Below are positions 1 to 10,551 of a stretch of 64,000 nucleotides of DNA, piece after piece. The number at the start of each line of letters is the position of its first letter. The stretch's first letter is position 1. The DNA is from Leptospiraceae bacterium. Lineage in GTDB: Bacteria > Spirochaetota > Leptospiria > Leptospirales > Leptospiraceae. The stretch covers positions 1,349,442 to 1,413,441 of the forward strand of contig JACKPC010000001.1 in NCBI GenBank assembly GCA_024233835.1, written 5' to 3'. The position numbers and the translations under genes were made by a program. Under the pieces are notes generated by a model. The model worked only from the letters and a program-made list of their open reading frames with translations. It was not told the origin of the DNA and searched no databases.

Positions 1-928
1 TCCTTTGGATTGGAAGGTTGCAAGTTGATCCGGGAGAGCCTTCCCGGAGGGGATAATGTGGTTAACTTTGCTTATAGCAGACTGTTCTTTCAGGAGGTTA
101 TTATTTCCTACCACAAATTCTTTTAGCATAAGAACCTTTTTTTGAGCGTCCAAAAGTTTCAAAGACTTTATTTGAAACTTAACTCCATCCTGGTGCAGGG
201 GTTCAAATCGTATTGAACTTACCTGTAGGGGAGCCGGAAGTGCAAAAGTGTAATCATGCCAGTTTGAATCAATAAGGAGGGCCTGTTGTATCCTGTTTTC
301 TGTTCCCGGATTTTCAGTCAGAGGGAATTTTTCATTAAAATAATACAGGTTTACAGTATCTGCTTGAATCCTGTATTTCAAATAGGTTTTAGCAGGAATG
401 TATAGGCCCATTCCGAGAATTAACAACGCGAGAATAGAATGTAAGGTAAGTCTTTTTTTATAATCATCTATAGGAGTATGAAGTTCTTCGTTTTTTAACT
501 TTTTAAGTATTTTTTCTTCATAGTATAAAATCTGAGAAAGAAAAGTTTCGAAGGTTTCAGCTTCTTCTCCGCTGGGAGGAGAGTCTCCACTAAGCTTTTG
601 AAACTGAATTTCATTATCTTCTATAAGTTGGGTTAACTTCGTATCTTTTATTTTATTTTTACAGGTTTCCCTTTCCATGAGAGACCGGATGGGAGCTTCA
701 TCTTCTAAAAAAAGTCCGATGTTCAAGACATCGAGAGCCAGTTTTCCTGAAAGGATAGTGGAATCTTCGTATTTAGAATTGCTATTTAGAATCTCTATAG
801 ATTCCAACCTTGAATAAGCATTTTCAATTTTTTGATAAAGAGTCTCTCGCTTTTGTAAAGCCCTGGTTTCTTCCTCAGAAAGCTGGGGTTTCTTGTAAGA
901 AAATTTTAGTAATTCTTTCCAGTTCATC
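1..928 (-). CDS. Hypothetical membrane protein, partial. The start codon lies inside the window at 926-928 and the 3' end runs off the window start.
   Basis: Manual reverse-strand translation is open from 928 down to 1 (MNWKELLKFSYKKPQLSEEE...). One hydrophobic helix (ILALLILGMGLY). Tightly packed with the downstream minus-strand ORFs. It is absent from the ORF track because it is truncated. Confidence 0.45.
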
Positions 929-934
929 TCAGGG

Positions 935-1483
935 CTAAGATTCCTTTTTCTTTCTTACATTGTCCACATGGCGGGTAATGTGATACATGGTAAAGAAAAG
1001 CATTTCCCGTATAGAAATGAGACCGAGTATGGGATGCGGTAGCCTGTATTTGTCCAATTCTTCCTCTTTCCAGGTTTTTAAAGACGGATCAAAATCATGG
1101 CCGATCTTTTCCCAGTGGTCTATCATTCGTTTTCTGCCTACACTTTCGCCGGGGTACCCGGGTGAGAAAACGCCGGCTCCTGCACCTTTTTCCAGTTTAT
1201 CAATATAAGTATTTCGGATTTCGGCATAATCACGAGAACTATTACCTCCACTACCAAAAACCAGCAAGCCGATGCGGGGTAAACGAAGGGCTATAGGAAT
1301 AATGGAAGTCGACTTGGAAAGGTGCTCCAGATTTTGAGCCGGAGACCAACCAAAATCGGGCTTTACGAAGAAATCTTCATCCTGAAACGAGGTGAAAAGA
1401 TCTTCTGCTTCCTGAAATAATTGCTTTAAAGCAAATATTATCTGACTTTTGAAATAAACTTTTTCGAGTTCGGCCTGCTCCAA
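935..1483 (-). CDS. Hypothetical protein, possibly a DinB/YfiT-like (DinB_2-type) metal-dependent enzyme.
   Basis: 182-aa ORF with three spaced His-containing segments (NLEHLS, DHWEKIGH, MYHITRH) and a length typical of the DinB_2 fold. The family assignment is tentative. Confidence 0.4.
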   Translation of the reverse strand: MEQAELEKVYFKSQIIFALKQLFQEAEDLFTSFQDEDFFVKPDFGWSPAQNLEHLSKSTSIIPIALRLPRIGLLVFGSGGNSSRDYAEIRNTYIDKLEKGAGAGVFSPGYPGESVGRKRMIDHWEKIGHDFDPSLKTWKEEELDKYRLPHPILGLISIREMLFFTMYHITRHVDNVRKKKES

Positions 1484-1494
1484 GCCAGAACCTC

Positions 1495-2604
1495 CTAATA
1501 TTTAGCGGATACTATATCAAATTCATTGGCGGCTTTATATTTCAAGACAATTTCACTATCTTCTAACTGAATAAAGATCTGATTATCTTTGATATGATAA
1601 ATACCCACCTCGGTATAATCCCTATCATTACGGCTGGGATAATAAAATACTTTATTTTTGTATAAGGAAATTACATTACTACCGTATTTTATACGTAAAT
1701 TTGTAGTATAGGTATTGTTCAAGGTATTTTCTATGAGATTCAAAGGAAAATTATCTTTAGGTTCCGAACCAACGAGATATTCTCCTAAAGCATAACCATT
1801 TACTTCCTTGATATAATACCAGTTTGCGTACGTTCCACTCAATTTGATGACTTTTTTCGTCATTTTCACTGTAAGTTTTGTTCCGAAAGGAAGCAAGGTA
1901 ACTGTTTGAGAGGTGAAAGTAGGTTCTCGCTTTATTGCAAGTCCTGTTTTATGAACGACAAACTTTTCAATAAAAGCCACTCCTTCCGGGAACATTTCCG
2001 GATCGTCCTTGGGCTCCGGTACAACATGAGAACTGGCACTGGCTACTTCAGGTTTGGATTCGGGCACTTTTTCATTTTTTTCGACTTTGGGAGGAGTTTT
2101 CCCCTGGGTAGTGTAGGTGGCTCCACGCGAAATGTCTTTCCAGACACCTTTTAAATCAAAAAGATAAATAAAACCGGCTAAAAGGGTAAAACTTAAGGCC
2201 ACATAACGAACCGGCCTGGATTTCTGGTAATAGGTTAAAAACGTACTGGTAATTTTCTTTTTTAGCCTGTAGGATTCAATTTCATCCGACAGACCTTCTC
2301 GGTTCCAGTATTTTAGACAAATATCCCGGTAGTTGATGTATTCTTTGAGCTTGTCTTCGTAAAGGCGCTTTAAAACCGGGTCCTGGGTGGAATCCGGATG
2401 GTTATCTTTTACCTTGGTGTTAAACGAAGAGCGTATAGCTTTCTCGTTAGATTCTCCTACAACAAGGGCCAAACCTTCAAAACTATTAATAATTTCTTCT
2501 AATTGGCTATCCGTTAATTTTTCCGTATTCATAATCCCACCTCGGTACAAGCCCAAGGGAAAGTATTTTTTTTGTCCCTTAATAGGCAATAAAAATTTTC
2601 TCAT
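1495..2604 (-). CDS. J-domain (DnaJ-like) membrane protein.
   Basis: HPD tripeptide in a J-domain-like context (KVKDNHPDSTQDPVLKRLYEDKLKEY), followed by one transmembrane helix (YVALSFTLLAGFIYLF) and a C-terminal domain. Confidence 0.5.
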   Translation of the reverse strand: MRKFLLPIKGQKKYFPLGLYRGGIMNTEKLTDSQLEEIINSFEGLALVVGESNEKAIRSSFNTKVKDNHPDSTQDPVLKRLYEDKLKEYINYRDICLKYWNREGLSDEIESYRLKKKITSTFLTYYQKSRPVRYVALSFTLLAGFIYLFDLKGVWKDISRGATYTTQGKTPPKVEKNEKVPESKPEVASASSHVVPEPKDDPEMFPEGVAFIEKFVVHKTGLAIKREPTFTSQTVTLLPFGTKLTVKMTKKVIKLSGTYANWYYIKEVNGYALGEYLVGSEPKDNFPLNLIENTLNNTYTTNLRIKYGSNVISLYKNKVFYYPSRNDRDYTEVGIYHIKDNQIFIQLEDSEIVLKYKAANEFDIVSAKY

Positions 2605-2822
2605 TCAACCTTCACTTATTATACACCTATTTTAAAAAAAAGCACGTACTTTTTATCTTTGCTTCCGGTTCTGCTCTAAAAATAAGCATATTTTGAGTCT
2701 GTCAAAAAGACCGGATGTTTTCTTATTCTTTAATATCGGAAATAAATTTTTTATTCGGGGAATTTTATTCCGGAAAGCAATTTACGGGTAAGAACTGTAA
2801 TAAATGCTGAGTAGTGTAAAAC

Positions 2823-3830
2823 TTAGCGCATATTCTTCAAACTGAAGAATTCCTCTACAAGAGAAATATCCCTACTGGCTTCTATAAACTCTAAAATAGA
2901 TTCTTTTGCATCGTCGAGATGGAGTATTCTCAATTTCTTCATTAGAACCTGCTTTTTCTTTTCTCCTTTTTCTTTTAAAGGAATCTCTCCTATTTCCGGG
3001 TACAAAGATTTATAGACCCTTCCGTCGTGAAAAAAATAATCGATACGAAATAGACTTTTCTCTTTCGGACGAATCGCGGCTACAAGTCGCCGGTAGGTAA
3101 ATTTATAATTCAGTATATAAGGAGATTCTTCTATTAGACCTTTTGAAGGTTTTGTTTCGAAAATGGAAAACGGATCTCCCTTTTCTGCTGCTTTCAGGGG
3201 ATTCTTCCCTTTTAGTTTGTCAGAAAAATACGGATAGATTCCTAAAAGCAAATGTTTTTGATAAGACTGTTCTTCTTCTATCGTTTCTACAGGGTCTAAA
3301 CGATAGTCCCATTTTTCAACATTCTCGTAGTCAAATTCTTCTCGCCTTACTTCCTTATAGTGTTTGCGAAAGGAGAAATAACTTAAATCCAGATAGGAGA
3401 AGAAAGAACCCGGAAAAGTCTGCATCTTTTCTTCTTCCCTGATTTCCTGTAAAGACCCTGAATCTGTATTATATAAATAGATACGATTTTTAGAGTCAAT
3501 AAAGAGTTTACGTTTGACTTTTTTTGTCACATCTTCCCAGATATAAAATAGCTCACCCGCATTGGCTTCTCTCTTTTTCGCATTTACGAAGAGATGAATG
3601 ATTTTTTCCTCTTTGTTGATATAGGTATCTCGCATAGTTAATGTAGAGGGAGCATCCGGTCGAACCGGGATAGGTTTCGCTTCCCTCAGATAGTGCCTGA
3701 GTTTATAATAGCCGGCAGGAAGAGAAAAAGCCTTATCCATAAGTTCCGGGACATTCCATTTTTCTTCAGACCGCAATTCGGTTATATAAGTATATAGCAG
3801 GATACTAAGAATCAGGTAAATTGTTCGCAT
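2823..3830 (-). CDS. Secreted hypothetical protein.
   Basis: 335-aa ORF with an N-terminal signal-like hydrophobic segment (MRTIYLILSILLYTYI). Confidence 0.5.
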   Translation of the reverse strand: MRTIYLILSILLYTYITELRSEEKWNVPELMDKAFSLPAGYYKLRHYLREAKPIPVRPDAPSTLTMRDTYINKEEKIIHLFVNAKKREANAGELFYIWEDVTKKVKRKLFIDSKNRIYLYNTDSGSLQEIREEEKMQTFPGSFFSYLDLSYFSFRKHYKEVRREEFDYENVEKWDYRLDPVETIEEEQSYQKHLLLGIYPYFSDKLKGKNPLKAAEKGDPFSIFETKPSKGLIEESPYILNYKFTYRRLVAAIRPKEKSLFRIDYFFHDGRVYKSLYPEIGEIPLKEKGEKKKQVLMKKLRILHLDDAKESILEFIEASRDISLVEEFFSLKNMR

Positions 3831-3887
3831 GGCTTTCCTCTCAAATCTATTTTCATCCTATTACAGTGTGATAAGAATACAAGCACT

Positions 3888-4910
3888 TTACTCCTTTAGC
3901 TGTACTGATAGAGGACAACGGATTAAAAAAGAATCAAAAATTTGAGCCAGGTAAAGTTTATCTTTATAGATAAGGGCAGTACTGGCCGCAGAAATTTCCT
4001 TTCCGGAGTTGGCATACAGGATTTCCGGCTTTTGGGAACCGGGTCTCAGGATATGAACTACAGAAGGAGAAATATTTTCTTTAGATTTTTTATGCGATAA
4101 AAATTCGGAGAAAGAAGGATGTGAAGTAAAAAGTAAGGACTTATCCTCGGTTTCTGTTATATTATCTCCGGCTCCACCGAGCTCATACTCCTGCAATTCT
4201 TTTAGCTTGAGTTTGCCATCTATGCGTATTATCTTATACTTATATAGTTTTTTATCAAACATGGCCGTGCGAAATAAAAATTCTTCGTCCTTTTCTTTAA
4301 GATAGTGAATCCCGTTTCCTCCTCCTACTGCGTTTTCGAGGAGAGTCCAGCTCTTTCCATCAAAGTAGGCGATTCGACTTCGTTTTAAGCCGAATATTGC
4401 GTCTATGAGCATAGAAGATTCGCTTCTCGAGCTCTTATCGTTTGAAACGAAGATTTCTCCGGAAGGTAAAGCCACGAGTTCATTCGGACTAATGATTGAA
4501 GGATCTGTTATCTGTTTTATGTATTCAAGTTTCTTATCCTGTATTTTGAAAACTTCTATCCTGTGATTCTCTTCTTCTTTTAGGGGTCTTGAAATTACGT
4601 AAAGCAATTCTTCTGTATCTTTTTTAACAAGGCTCATTCCCAGCGGTTTAAAACCAGGAGGGTAAGAAGAATTTAATATTGTAGGTCGGGGCATATCTTC
4701 GTTGAGATTTAATAGAAAAATCTTTCCATCTTCTTCGGGTTTTCTTCTATTATGACTGCTAATATATAAAAGTCCTTTTGCTTCGTTGAGGGCAAAGTCT
4801 TCCGGCCCGGGGATAGCATCGATACGGCTACAAGAAGGAAGCTTTTTTTCCTGAAATGAAGAGCAGGAGATAAAAAATAAAAAGAGTAAGATACTGAGTC
4901 GTTTAGTCAT
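3888..4910 (-). CDS. Hypothetical lipoprotein.
   Basis: Signal peptide with lipobox (LLFLFFISCSS). Confidence 0.55.
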   Translation of the reverse strand: MTKRLSILLFLFFISCSSFQEKKLPSCSRIDAIPGPEDFALNEAKGLLYISSHNRRKPEEDGKIFLLNLNEDMPRPTILNSSYPPGFKPLGMSLVKKDTEELLYVISRPLKEEENHRIEVFKIQDKKLEYIKQITDPSIISPNELVALPSGEIFVSNDKSSRSESSMLIDAIFGLKRSRIAYFDGKSWTLLENAVGGGNGIHYLKEKDEEFLFRTAMFDKKLYKYKIIRIDGKLKLKELQEYELGGAGDNITETEDKSLLFTSHPSFSEFLSHKKSKENISPSVVHILRPGSQKPEILYANSGKEISAASTALIYKDKLYLAQIFDSFLIRCPLSVQLKE

Positions 4911-4922
4911 TTTGAATATCCT

Positions 4923-7900
4923 TTAATTTTTGCGTCTGAATACAAGAGAATAGATTCCGAAGCTATATTTGTTTTCCGGCATATTTTCCTTCCAGATTAG
5001 GTCTCCATCATCTTCATGAAAAGAAATTTCTTTATTATTTTCAAGTTGTATAAAATACTTATTATAGGGAAGTAAGTTGCCCTTCAAGGTTTCCGGTCTT
5101 TTTAGGGTATGTAAGCTATTTTCTTTATAGTTGTAAGCATATATAACATTATCCGAATGAAGGAAGGAAAACTCTCCAAAGCCTCCGAGGCTTTCCATTT
5201 TTTTAGGGAACTCCTCTATGACTTTATAGGTTTTGTCCGTATTTAGTCTGATAAGTTTTGTACCTTTTAAAAGCATAGAGTATTCTTCTGTACTTTTTAA
5301 TAAATGAGAGCTTCCTTCTCCTATTTCCGCAAGGGTTTGAAGCGGAGTTTGAGGTTTTAGTAAGGGGTTCAGGATAAGCCATTTGGATGTTTTTTCTTTA
5401 TCATCAAAAACCATGTAGAGCTTGCCATCTTTTGCACTGGACCATTTCGCATTTTTCTTTAAGCTGATACGGGCCAGAGTCTTTAAGGAAAAGCTAAAAC
5501 TCTGGAGTTTGTATTTTCCTTTTGTATCAATGTAAGAGGCATAGATATAGGTTCCGGCTTCTAATTGTAAAGGCTTTCGAACTTTTAAACTGATTCTACT
5601 TAAGGATTTTCCCGTTTTCAAATCAATCTGCTCGATCCCTTTTTTGGAAAAGGCATATAATCTTCCGTTAACTGCCAGTTTTTTGTAAGGAGTGGAGCTT
5701 TCTTTTCTCCACAATAAAGATTTGTTTGTGTTTCGATAGACTGCAATTGAGCGACCGTAGTTTACGATTAATTTTCCATTTACAAGAATCGGAAGGCCGA
5801 GAAAGCGATCCTTTAGAGGATACTTTTGTATATATACAGGTTTGTCTTCATAAGATTGCAAAAACTTTTCTGATTGCCTGGCCTGTTTGCTGTCAGGAAA
5901 TTTCTCTAATAACTCTTTACTCAAAGACGCCACTTCTTCTTTAAACTCCATTCGTTTATTATCCCGGATTAAGGCGTCAAGGACAGTGATGCAGGCAAAG
6001 AGATTTTTAGCATCCCTTTTAAGTTCTAAGGCTTTTCGAATATGCAATTCTGCTTTATCTAAATTGCCTCTGTCATAGTTTATATAGGCCAGATGGTATC
6101 TCGGATCAGGAAAATCCGGGTATTTTTTCACCAGACCTTCAAAGGCTTTCTCTGCTTCTTCGTAGAGTTCTTCGTTAAAATAAAGAACTCCAATATTATA
6201 AGGTGCTAATTCGAGCGCTGAATCTAATTTTTCCGCCCTTTCAAACTCTTCCCTGGCCTTTCCTTTCTCCCCGATTCCGTAATAGGCAATGCCGCGGGCA
6301 ATGTAGGTAGGTGCAAAACCGGGCCTTACCAGGATACTGCGATTCAAATACTGTATGGCCTTTTCTTTTTCCTCTGTTAGAAATAACAAACCCAGTTGGT
6401 AGGTACTGTAGTAAGCGTCCGGTTTTATTTTTAAGATATTATCCAACATTTCCTTTGCTTTATCATAGTCTTTGGTTTTAATATAGTAAGAGCTAATGGC
6501 TTCCTGTAGTTCAATTTTACTTTCCGGGTTCTTTTGAAGTTCGTGGTTTAAAAGTGCCAGAGCCTTTTCATTTCTACCGAGACCTATCAGGCAATCGGCA
6601 ATTTTAATAATCAGGGAGGTCCGCTTCATCTGCTTATACGCTTTTTCATAATGATGCATAGCGGTTTCGTAATCTTCCTTATTGAAATGCTCATTGGCTT
6701 CTTCTATGATAGGAAGAATGCTTAAGAAGCTTTTGTTCTCTTCTATAATCCGTCTGGTCTGGGCAAGCTCCGGAATGTCCGGGTTATTCTTTTCTGCCTT
6801 TGATAAGAAACCGAGGGCAGAATCATAGTTTTTGAGAGAGTTTTCTCGCAGTGCCATTTTGTAGTATAGAGTTCCGAGGCGGTAATGAATGGCTTCTGCA
6901 TTTTGTTTTTTCTTTTTAGCCTCTTCTAAAATACTTAAATAGAAGGTTTCTGCTTCTTCTAATTTTCCTTCGTCTTCATAAATCCTGCCTATGGCAATTG
7001 CAGCCAGTGGATCTTTTCCTGCCAAAACATTTAGCTTTTCCTTGTATTCAGAAAAGCGAGGATTTCTTGTTTTGGCATACAGACGAACCAGTCCCTGTAA
7101 AGAGGGAATGCTGTCCGCCTGTAGAGATAGAGCTTTTAAAAAGTTCTTTTCGCTTTCTTTGTAGCGGTTCATTAAAAAGAAAGCCCTACCGAAAGCGTTA
7201 TAGATGATATTTTCTCCCTTGTCTAACTGTAAGGCCTTATTGTATTCCTGTAAAGCTTTGTTGAAGTTTCCCTGTCTGAGTTGTGTATCTCCCGCATCAA
7301 GGATAATGTAAATATCACAAATTTGTAAATATTTATCCGCATTATCTTTCCCTTTTAGTTTTTTGGCTTGCAGGTATTCTTTTCTGGCTTCTAAATACCT
7401 TCCTTCCAATAAGAACAGGTTTCCCGTGTTTATATAGGCACTCTGGGAAGATGGATCTAATTCCTTTACTTTCAGAAAAGCTAACATAGCCTGCTTATTC
7501 TGTCCTATGTTCTGATAGGCCAGTCCGAGGCTATTATAGACAGAAGCGTGTTCCGGCGTTTTTTGCAGGGCCTCTTTTAGAGTTTGAATGGCTTTCGAGT
7601 ATAAACCATTCCCCGAATAAGCGCTGGCTAGACTCAGATAAGTTTCCCTATTTTTAGGGTTATATTTTAAAGAGCGCAGAGCATTTGCTTCTGCCTTAGA
7701 GTAATCTTCTTTTAAAAGATAGGTATTGGCAATGAGTAAATACGGTATGGATGGTTCTTTTGATTTTTTAGCAGCTTCTTCAAAGTAATGAATCGCCGTA
7801 TCATAATCCTTGCGCTTTAAACTCTCATTTCCTTTTTCTATAAGACCCGCTCTCTTACTCGCGCTCAGGGAGTTGGAAACCTGTTTCAAATCCGGGTTTT

Positions 7901-8540
7901 CTTTTTTGGCTTTCAGAAAGTATTCATCGGCCTGCTTATATTTCTTTAGTTGCAGGCATACATCTCCTAAGTGCATATAAAGCTGGGAGCGTTCCGAGAA
8001 TGATTCGGCTTTAACTGAAAGAAAGGTTTTATATGCTTCTTCGTTTTTCCCGAGCTCTTTTAAAAGAACCCCGGCCTTGAAAGGATAAATAGGTTCTGAA
8101 GGAAAGTCCTTCTGAAGTTTATTATATTCCTTAAGAGCTTCTTCACTTTTTCCGAGGCTTGTAAGACAATAGGCATACGAAAGGCGAATTTGTTCTGAAT
8201 TCGGAGACAGGTCTTTTGCTTTCCCGAAAGCCTCCAGTGCTTTATCGAATTTCTTTTGTTCAAATTCATTGATGCCCAGAAGATAATAGCTCGGGCCGTC
8301 AGGATAGAGTCCTATTGCTTTATTCGCGTATTCCCTGGACTTTTCATAATTTTTTTCCTGGAAATAACGATTCCCTATACTCAAATATTTTCTGGCTTTT
8401 TTATAATTCTTCCTGTCTTTAATAACGATGCTGTCTTTTTGAACGGAGTATGATTCGAAAACTTTCTTTTTCTGAAACATAGAACAGGAAAGCAAAAGAA
8501 ACGAAATTAAGAGATAGATAAGCTTAGTCTTCCTTATCAT
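4923..8540 (-). CDS. Large TPR-repeat lipoprotein (1205 aa).
   Basis: Lipobox (LISFLLLSCS). The N-terminal ~800 aa are densely packed with 34-aa TPR-like units (repeated AxxYxxLGxxYxxxGxYxxA patterns). The C-terminal part is beta-rich. Confidence 0.8.
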   Translation of the reverse strand: MIRKTKLIYLLISFLLLSCSMFQKKKVFESYSVQKDSIVIKDRKNYKKARKYLSIGNRYFQEKNYEKSREYANKAIGLYPDGPSYYLLGINEFEQKKFDKALEAFGKAKDLSPNSEQIRLSYAYCLTSLGKSEEALKEYNKLQKDFPSEPIYPFKAGVLLKELGKNEEAYKTFLSVKAESFSERSQLYMHLGDVCLQLKKYKQADEYFLKAKKENPDLKQVSNSLSASKRAGLIEKGNESLKRKDYDTAIHYFEEAAKKSKEPSIPYLLIANTYLLKEDYSKAEANALRSLKYNPKNRETYLSLASAYSGNGLYSKAIQTLKEALQKTPEHASVYNSLGLAYQNIGQNKQAMLAFLKVKELDPSSQSAYINTGNLFLLEGRYLEARKEYLQAKKLKGKDNADKYLQICDIYIILDAGDTQLRQGNFNKALQEYNKALQLDKGENIIYNAFGRAFFLMNRYKESEKNFLKALSLQADSIPSLQGLVRLYAKTRNPRFSEYKEKLNVLAGKDPLAAIAIGRIYEDEGKLEEAETFYLSILEEAKKKKQNAEAIHYRLGTLYYKMALRENSLKNYDSALGFLSKAEKNNPDIPELAQTRRIIEENKSFLSILPIIEEANEHFNKEDYETAMHHYEKAYKQMKRTSLIIKIADCLIGLGRNEKALALLNHELQKNPESKIELQEAISSYYIKTKDYDKAKEMLDNILKIKPDAYYSTYQLGLLFLTEEKEKAIQYLNRSILVRPGFAPTYIARGIAYYGIGEKGKAREEFERAEKLDSALELAPYNIGVLYFNEELYEEAEKAFEGLVKKYPDFPDPRYHLAYINYDRGNLDKAELHIRKALELKRDAKNLFACITVLDALIRDNKRMEFKEEVASLSKELLEKFPDSKQARQSEKFLQSYEDKPVYIQKYPLKDRFLGLPILVNGKLIVNYGRSIAVYRNTNKSLLWRKESSTPYKKLAVNGRLYAFSKKGIEQIDLKTGKSLSRISLKVRKPLQLEAGTYIYASYIDTKGKYKLQSFSFSLKTLARISLKKNAKWSSAKDGKLYMVFDDKEKTSKWLILNPLLKPQTPLQTLAEIGEGSSHLLKSTEEYSMLLKGTKLIRLNTDKTYKVIEEFPKKMESLGGFGEFSFLHSDNVIYAYNYKENSLHTLKRPETLKGNLLPYNKYFIQLENNKEISFHEDDGDLIWKENMPENKYSFGIYSLVFRRKN

Positions 8541-10230
8541 TATTTTTATCCTCCTCTTTATCCCGGATTATAAATAGGTCTGTAAATTCTGTATAAGTCA
8601 GGGAGAGAGAATTCAGGGCTTTAAGTTCTTCTGAGTCCATATCCCGGACAAGGACAGCAAGCCGCCATTCGGAAGCTGTATCAACTTCTGCAAAAAGAAG
8701 ATCCCTGCCACCAAGACCCAATTTGGCCTTAGCCGAATCTGAATCAATTTCGAGATGAAAAGCCCTGTCGGTTTTATCTTTTTCTTTTTTAAAGGTAAAG
8801 GAGTCCATAGTTTTAAGACCAAATTTTGTATCATACAAACTTACCCTTTCTCCTACTGTTTCGATAATGAATCTTGGTTTATCTTTTTCGAAAAAGCAAA
8901 AATACAGGTTCTCTTCTTTTTCCATGAAAGGAAAGGCTGCTTCCAATTTAAGAGAAGCCGGGGGAAAAGGCTTGGAGAAAACTCCATTCCAGCCGGAACT
9001 TTCTCTCTCTTTTTTTCGTTTAAATAAAAGACCACCCCCAAGTTTAGGTTCCAATGAACCATTACCCGAAACTGTCCAGAAATCCTGTGCCTCTTCACCC
9101 ACAGCATCTTTCAAATAAAAGGGAAAAGAAATATAAGAAGAATCCTTGGCTTTGAGTTCCAGACTCCATTTAAAAAGAGAAGAGTTCTTCTTTTCTTTTA
9201 GATCTTTCAGTATGTTTATATTATAGCGAGCCGGAGGTAAATTGTTTAAGTATAGAGGGCTTTCTCCCTGAATTTCACTGTTCCAGGCGACTTTCAAGCC
9301 GGAAGGATAGGTACTGATACCCATAGAAGAAAGTTTGAAATCGTCTTTCCATTCGATGAAAAGATTCAGAGAATCGCCAGCTCGAACAGTAACTTCTCTT
9401 TCTACTTCTTCCGCACCTGTTTTGTAGATTTTTAGTTTATGAGTACCTTCTAAAATGGGAAAGTCTTTTACCGGAAGCTTTCCGGCTTCCTTACCATCGA
9501 GATAAAATTCACAGTCACTCGATACAGTATTAATTTGTAAAACACCGGATATACTTTTTAAAAGCAGGGTTTTTAGTTCTTCCTTAGAAGCTTGCCTGGA
9601 AAAAGAAAACTCAGGAACTTTTTCTTCACTTAAAAGACGGTATCTGTCTTTCGAGCGAACGAGTTCAATACGTTCAAATGGTTTCTTGTCTTCTTCGGTA
9701 TCTTTTAAAACCTCCAGCTTATATTCGAGACTTCCGAAGAGACTTGCATTTACCGGGTCTTTCAAGTCCTGTTTGATCGTATAACTTATCTTATCAGTTT
9801 TTTCTTTCTCCGGTTTGTCTATTAGGATATTCGTATATATATAAGCATCGATATTTTTTTTCATACTGGCCTTTTGTAAACTATCCCTGTCTACCCAGAC
9901 CCGGAAAGGGAGTTCCACTTCTTGAAAGGAAGAATTTTTCCAGAGGAGTTTGAGTTCCTGTTCAATGATGCGTTTATCCAGGTCAGAAAATCCTTCCGGA
10001 AACAAAATGGGAGCAAAGGTATAAACCGGGATACCGCTGCTTTTTTTTCGCTCTTTATAATCTTTTCCACCGGAACCTTTATTTCCCGTGATTAAGCCCT
10101 CACGGGCCTTTTCGAGAACCGGAAGGGCCGGTATTTGAAAGGTTTTCCCGTTTATCCTCTGAACCGAAGAGCAGGAGAAAAACATACAAAAAAGCCCTGT
10201 AACTGAGATATAGCTGGTAATGGATTTCAT
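8524..10230 (-). CDS. Hypothetical lipoprotein.
   Basis: Signal peptide plus lipobox (LFCMFFSCSS). Its stop overlaps the start of the TPR gene, so they are likely an operon. Confidence 0.6.
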   Translation of the reverse strand: MKSITSYISVTGLFCMFFSCSSVQRINGKTFQIPALPVLEKAREGLITGNKGSGGKDYKERKKSSGIPVYTFAPILFPEGFSDLDKRIIEQELKLLWKNSSFQEVELPFRVWVDRDSLQKASMKKNIDAYIYTNILIDKPEKEKTDKISYTIKQDLKDPVNASLFGSLEYKLEVLKDTEEDKKPFERIELVRSKDRYRLLSEEKVPEFSFSRQASKEELKTLLLKSISGVLQINTVSSDCEFYLDGKEAGKLPVKDFPILEGTHKLKIYKTGAEEVEREVTVRAGDSLNLFIEWKDDFKLSSMGISTYPSGLKVAWNSEIQGESPLYLNNLPPARYNINILKDLKEKKNSSLFKWSLELKAKDSSYISFPFYLKDAVGEEAQDFWTVSGNGSLEPKLGGGLLFKRKKERESSGWNGVFSKPFPPASLKLEAAFPFMEKEENLYFCFFEKDKPRFIIETVGERVSLYDTKFGLKTMDSFTFKKEKDKTDRAFHLEIDSDSAKAKLGLGGRDLLFAEVDTASEWRLAVLVRDMDSEELKALNSLSLTYTEFTDLFIIRDKEEDKNNDKED

Positions 10231-10551
10231 AGACTCTTAACACACACTTTTCAAAATAGAGCCTTAAGAGACAAGCCCTAAATCAGGAGCTTTATCGTAT
10301 GAGTGGATACCGGGCTTCTGGCAGTTTCGGTGAGTGCATTTGTCAGAGCCGAAGCATAAATCGGCAGTCAGAGGGGCATTTTCTGCTTTGTTTCTGTCTT
10401 TTTCTGTATAGTTTTAGCATTGAAGGGCTTACTTTTTTGAGGTTGAAAAAAAGTAAACTTAATAGAGCTTAGTAACAGAATCTTTCCAGTTAATTAATTA
10501 GGTGGCTATATTGAATAGATTATTTTCTTACCGTAATAAAGGAATACAATC